A stretch of DNA of 938 nt from sequence record AB841357.1; one strand, written 5' to 3'. This document shows, piece after piece, positions 1 to 938 of this stretch. The position numbers and the translations under genes are program-made. Positions within the stretch are counted from its first letter, which is position 1. Every line of letters starts with the position of its first letter. The notes below the pieces were generated by a model. That model did not search any database. It was not told the DNA's origin and saw nothing but the letters and a program-made list of their open reading frames with translations. The DNA comes from a phage.

Positions 1-267
1 TTACGCCAGCTTTGCCACACCACGGTATTTCCCCGATACCTTGTGTGCAAATTGCATCAGATAGTTGATAGCTTTTTGTTTGTCGTTCTGGCTGAGTTCA
101 TGCTTACCGCAGAATGCAGCCATTCCGAATCCGGCTTGTGATTGCGCCATCCCCATAGCAGCCATCACATCAGTACCGGAAAGAGAGTCAGAAGCCGTGG
201 TCCGTGGTGAGTCGCTCATCATCGGGCTTTTTGGCGAATGAAATTTAGCTACGCTTTCGAGTCTCAT
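1..267 (-). CDS. Q: Lambda-type late-gene antitermination protein Q, N-terminal 88 codons; as read the ORF ends with TAA at positions 1-3 (window edge), far short of the ~207 aa lambda Q
   Basis: Minus-strand ORF, ATG = revcomp of 265-267, stop TAA = revcomp of 1-3. The translation MRLESVAKFHSPKSPMMSDS...HELSQNDKQKAINYLMQFAHKVSGKYRGVAKL matches my recollection of the lambda Q N-terminus almost residue for residue (from memory, no search run). Purine-rich SD-like AGAGGGGAAGG lies just upstream. The start overlaps the upstream gene's stop (ATGA). Confidence 0.8.
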   Translation of the reverse strand: MRLESVAKFHSPKSPMMSDSPRTTASDSLSGTDVMAAMGMAQSQAGFGMAAFCGKHELSQNDKQKAINYLMQFAHKVSGKYRGVAKLA

Positions 268-452
268 GGCCTTCCCCTCTTGCCCTGTTTGACCATCAGG
301 ACGCCGTTAACTATTACGTGACGCTCGCCTTTGCTGTCTCGGTTGTACTTGAGCACTGTTCCTCTTGCGCAGGAAAGCATCCTCGCCACTTCGGTCTGAT
401 TGCCTCGTGTCTGGATAAGAAGCTCTGGTATCGTTTGAATTGTGGCGTTCAT
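264..452 (-). CDS. ninH: NinH-like small protein (62 aa), putative Fis-like/HTH DNA-binding protein of the lambdoid nin region
   Basis: Minus-strand ORF, ATG = revcomp of 450-452, stop TGA = revcomp of 264-266. The translation MNATIQTIPELLIQTRGNQTEVARMLSCARGTVLKYNRDSKGERHVIVNGVLMV resembles lambda NinH as I recall it (TIPDML...GNQTEVARRL.C.RGTV.KY..D..G..H.IVN.VLMV), similar but clearly not identical. A strong SD (GGAG, 458-461 on minus) sits 5 nt upstream of the ATG. Position between rusA/ninG and Q is as expected for ninH. Confidence 0.72.
   Translation of the reverse strand: MNATIQTIPELLIQTRGNQTEVARMLSCARGTVLKYNRDSKGERHVIVNGVLMVKQGKRGRP
268..280 (-). promoter_or_regulatory. Ribosome-binding site for Q (purine-rich AGAGGGGAAGG), embedded in the 3' end of the ninH-like gene
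   Basis: Minus-strand sequence AGAGGGGAAGGCC immediately precedes the ATG at 267-265. Confidence 0.45.
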
Positions 453-813
453 ACGTTCTCCAGTTCGGTGATTTTTATTCCAAGCCGTCCGCCTGGTACT
501 TTCACACCACGAATTACGCGAATGTCATCGAATTGCTCGTCGTCTTCCGCAAATCCGGCGTGGATAAGGGAGTCGAGTAAACCCTTCAGGATGTTATCGA
601 GGTCGCGGCGGCGGGAGTCTGGAACGTCTGCGATGACTTTGATGCGGAGTCGTGATTTGGTGAAAATGTCTAACTTAAGTTGGCGGATGATTTGCTGAAC
701 GTCTTTTCNGTATTTCTGGCCTTTATCGCTGATGTAGTATTGGCTTCCCCGGTCTTTCGCCAGTAGGTATTCACCGACGGCGGGTATGGAAGCACAAACT
801 GATATTCGTTCAT
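449..813 (-). CDS. rusA: RusA-family Holliday junction resolvase (crossover junction endodeoxyribonuclease); reading frame interrupted by an apparent 1-nt indel in this read
   Basis: Minus-strand ATG = revcomp of 811-813. The N-terminal frame gives MNEYQFVLPYPPSVNTYWR (compare E. coli RusA MNTYSITLPWPPSNNRYYR) but hits TAG at 670-672. A second frame shifted by one base gives SQYYISDKGQKYxKDVQQIIRQLKLDIFTKSRLRIKVIADVPDSRRRDLDNILKGLLDSLIHAGFAEDDEQFDDIRVIRGVKVPGGRLGIKITELENV, ending at TGA = revcomp of 449-451. This matches RusA along its length, including the acidic motifs (RRRDLDN, EDDE). The span is 365 nt (not a multiple of 3), consistent with one missing base; the switch maps to 745-757. 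Confidence 0.8.
453..461 (-). promoter_or_regulatory. Ribosome-binding site for ninH-like gene (GGAG + 5-nt spacer), embedded in the 3' end of rusA
   Basis: Minus-strand sequence CTGGAGAACGT immediately precedes the ATG at 452-450. Confidence 0.5.
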
Positions 814-825
814 GACTTAATCTTT

Positions 826-832
826 CCCCTCC
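826..832 (-). promoter_or_regulatory. Putative ribosome-binding site for rusA (GGAGGGG)
   Basis: Minus-strand GGAGGGGAAAGATTAAGTC precedes the ATG at 813-811. The spacing is somewhat long (about 11-14 nt depending on which core is used). Nearby sequence contains ambiguous bases. Confidence 0.35.
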
Positions 833-938
833 NTCANCNATTATCGCCCTGCNTCCTGANTCACGCCTTCNAGGTGGTAAAGTCNGGCGTCTTTGNTTGT
901 CTAGATTANGGGNGCNTCGGNNNNTTTCNNNNGGACAC
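833..938. other. Low-quality sequence tail with numerous ambiguous bases (N); probably contains the 3' end of an upstream minus-strand gene that cannot be resolved
   Basis: About 19 N characters between 833 and 938, including runs at 921-924 and 929-932. Candidate minus-strand stop codons at 834-836 (TGA) and 841-843 (TAA) cannot be assigned to a frame reliably. Confidence 0.85.

Noticed and set aside
1-30. Intrinsic terminator or qut-like element downstream of Q
   Set aside because: The qut site and PR' lie downstream of the full-length Q gene, which would be beyond position 1. No hairpin plus U-tract is visible in the available bases.
318-698. Plus-strand 126-aa ORF from the six-frame track
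   Set aside because: It lies entirely antisense to the well-supported ninH-like and rusA genes. Its translation is Ser/Arg/Cys-rich with no recognisable similarity and it has no convincing RBS. It is most likely a chance ORF on the opposite strand of real genes.
1-938. Lambda cloning-vector contamination
   Set aside because: The Q N-terminus looks lambda-identical, but the resolvase is RusA-type rather than lambda rap/ninG, ninH is diverged, and ninI is absent. A natural lambdoid prophage or phage is more parsimonious than lambda vector DNA.
833-938. Repetitive or unusual sequence structure in the N-rich tail
   Set aside because: The irregular, scattered Ns and short N runs are typical of end-of-read base-calling decay, not of a biological repeat, CRISPR array or engineered spacer.
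1-938. A novel or previously undescribed system in this window
   Set aside because: All coding capacity is accounted for by three well-known lambdoid genes (rusA, ninH, Q) in canonical arrangement. No unexplained intergenic space, repeats or extra ORFs remain outside the unreadable tail.

Overview
This window reads as a well-known lambdoid (pro)phage module, the distal nin region next to the late-gene antiterminator, not as a novel system. All three genes are on the minus strand and tightly packed: a RusA-family Holliday junction resolvase (813->449), a NinH-like small protein (452->264) and the N-terminal 88 codons of a lambda-type antiterminator Q (267->1). Consecutive genes overlap by 4 nt (ATGA stop/start). 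The read is visibly low quality: about 19 ambiguous bases in 833-938 and one at 709. The rusA reading frame is broken by an apparent single-base indel near the C4 run at 747-750, which is more likely a base-calling error than a real pseudogene. The Q ORF stops at TAA exactly at the window edge after 88 codons, whereas lambda Q is about 207 aa, so this is either a genuinely truncated Q or an edge artefact. Protein identifications rest on recall of lambda Q, lambda NinH and E. coli RusA sequences, not on a database search.
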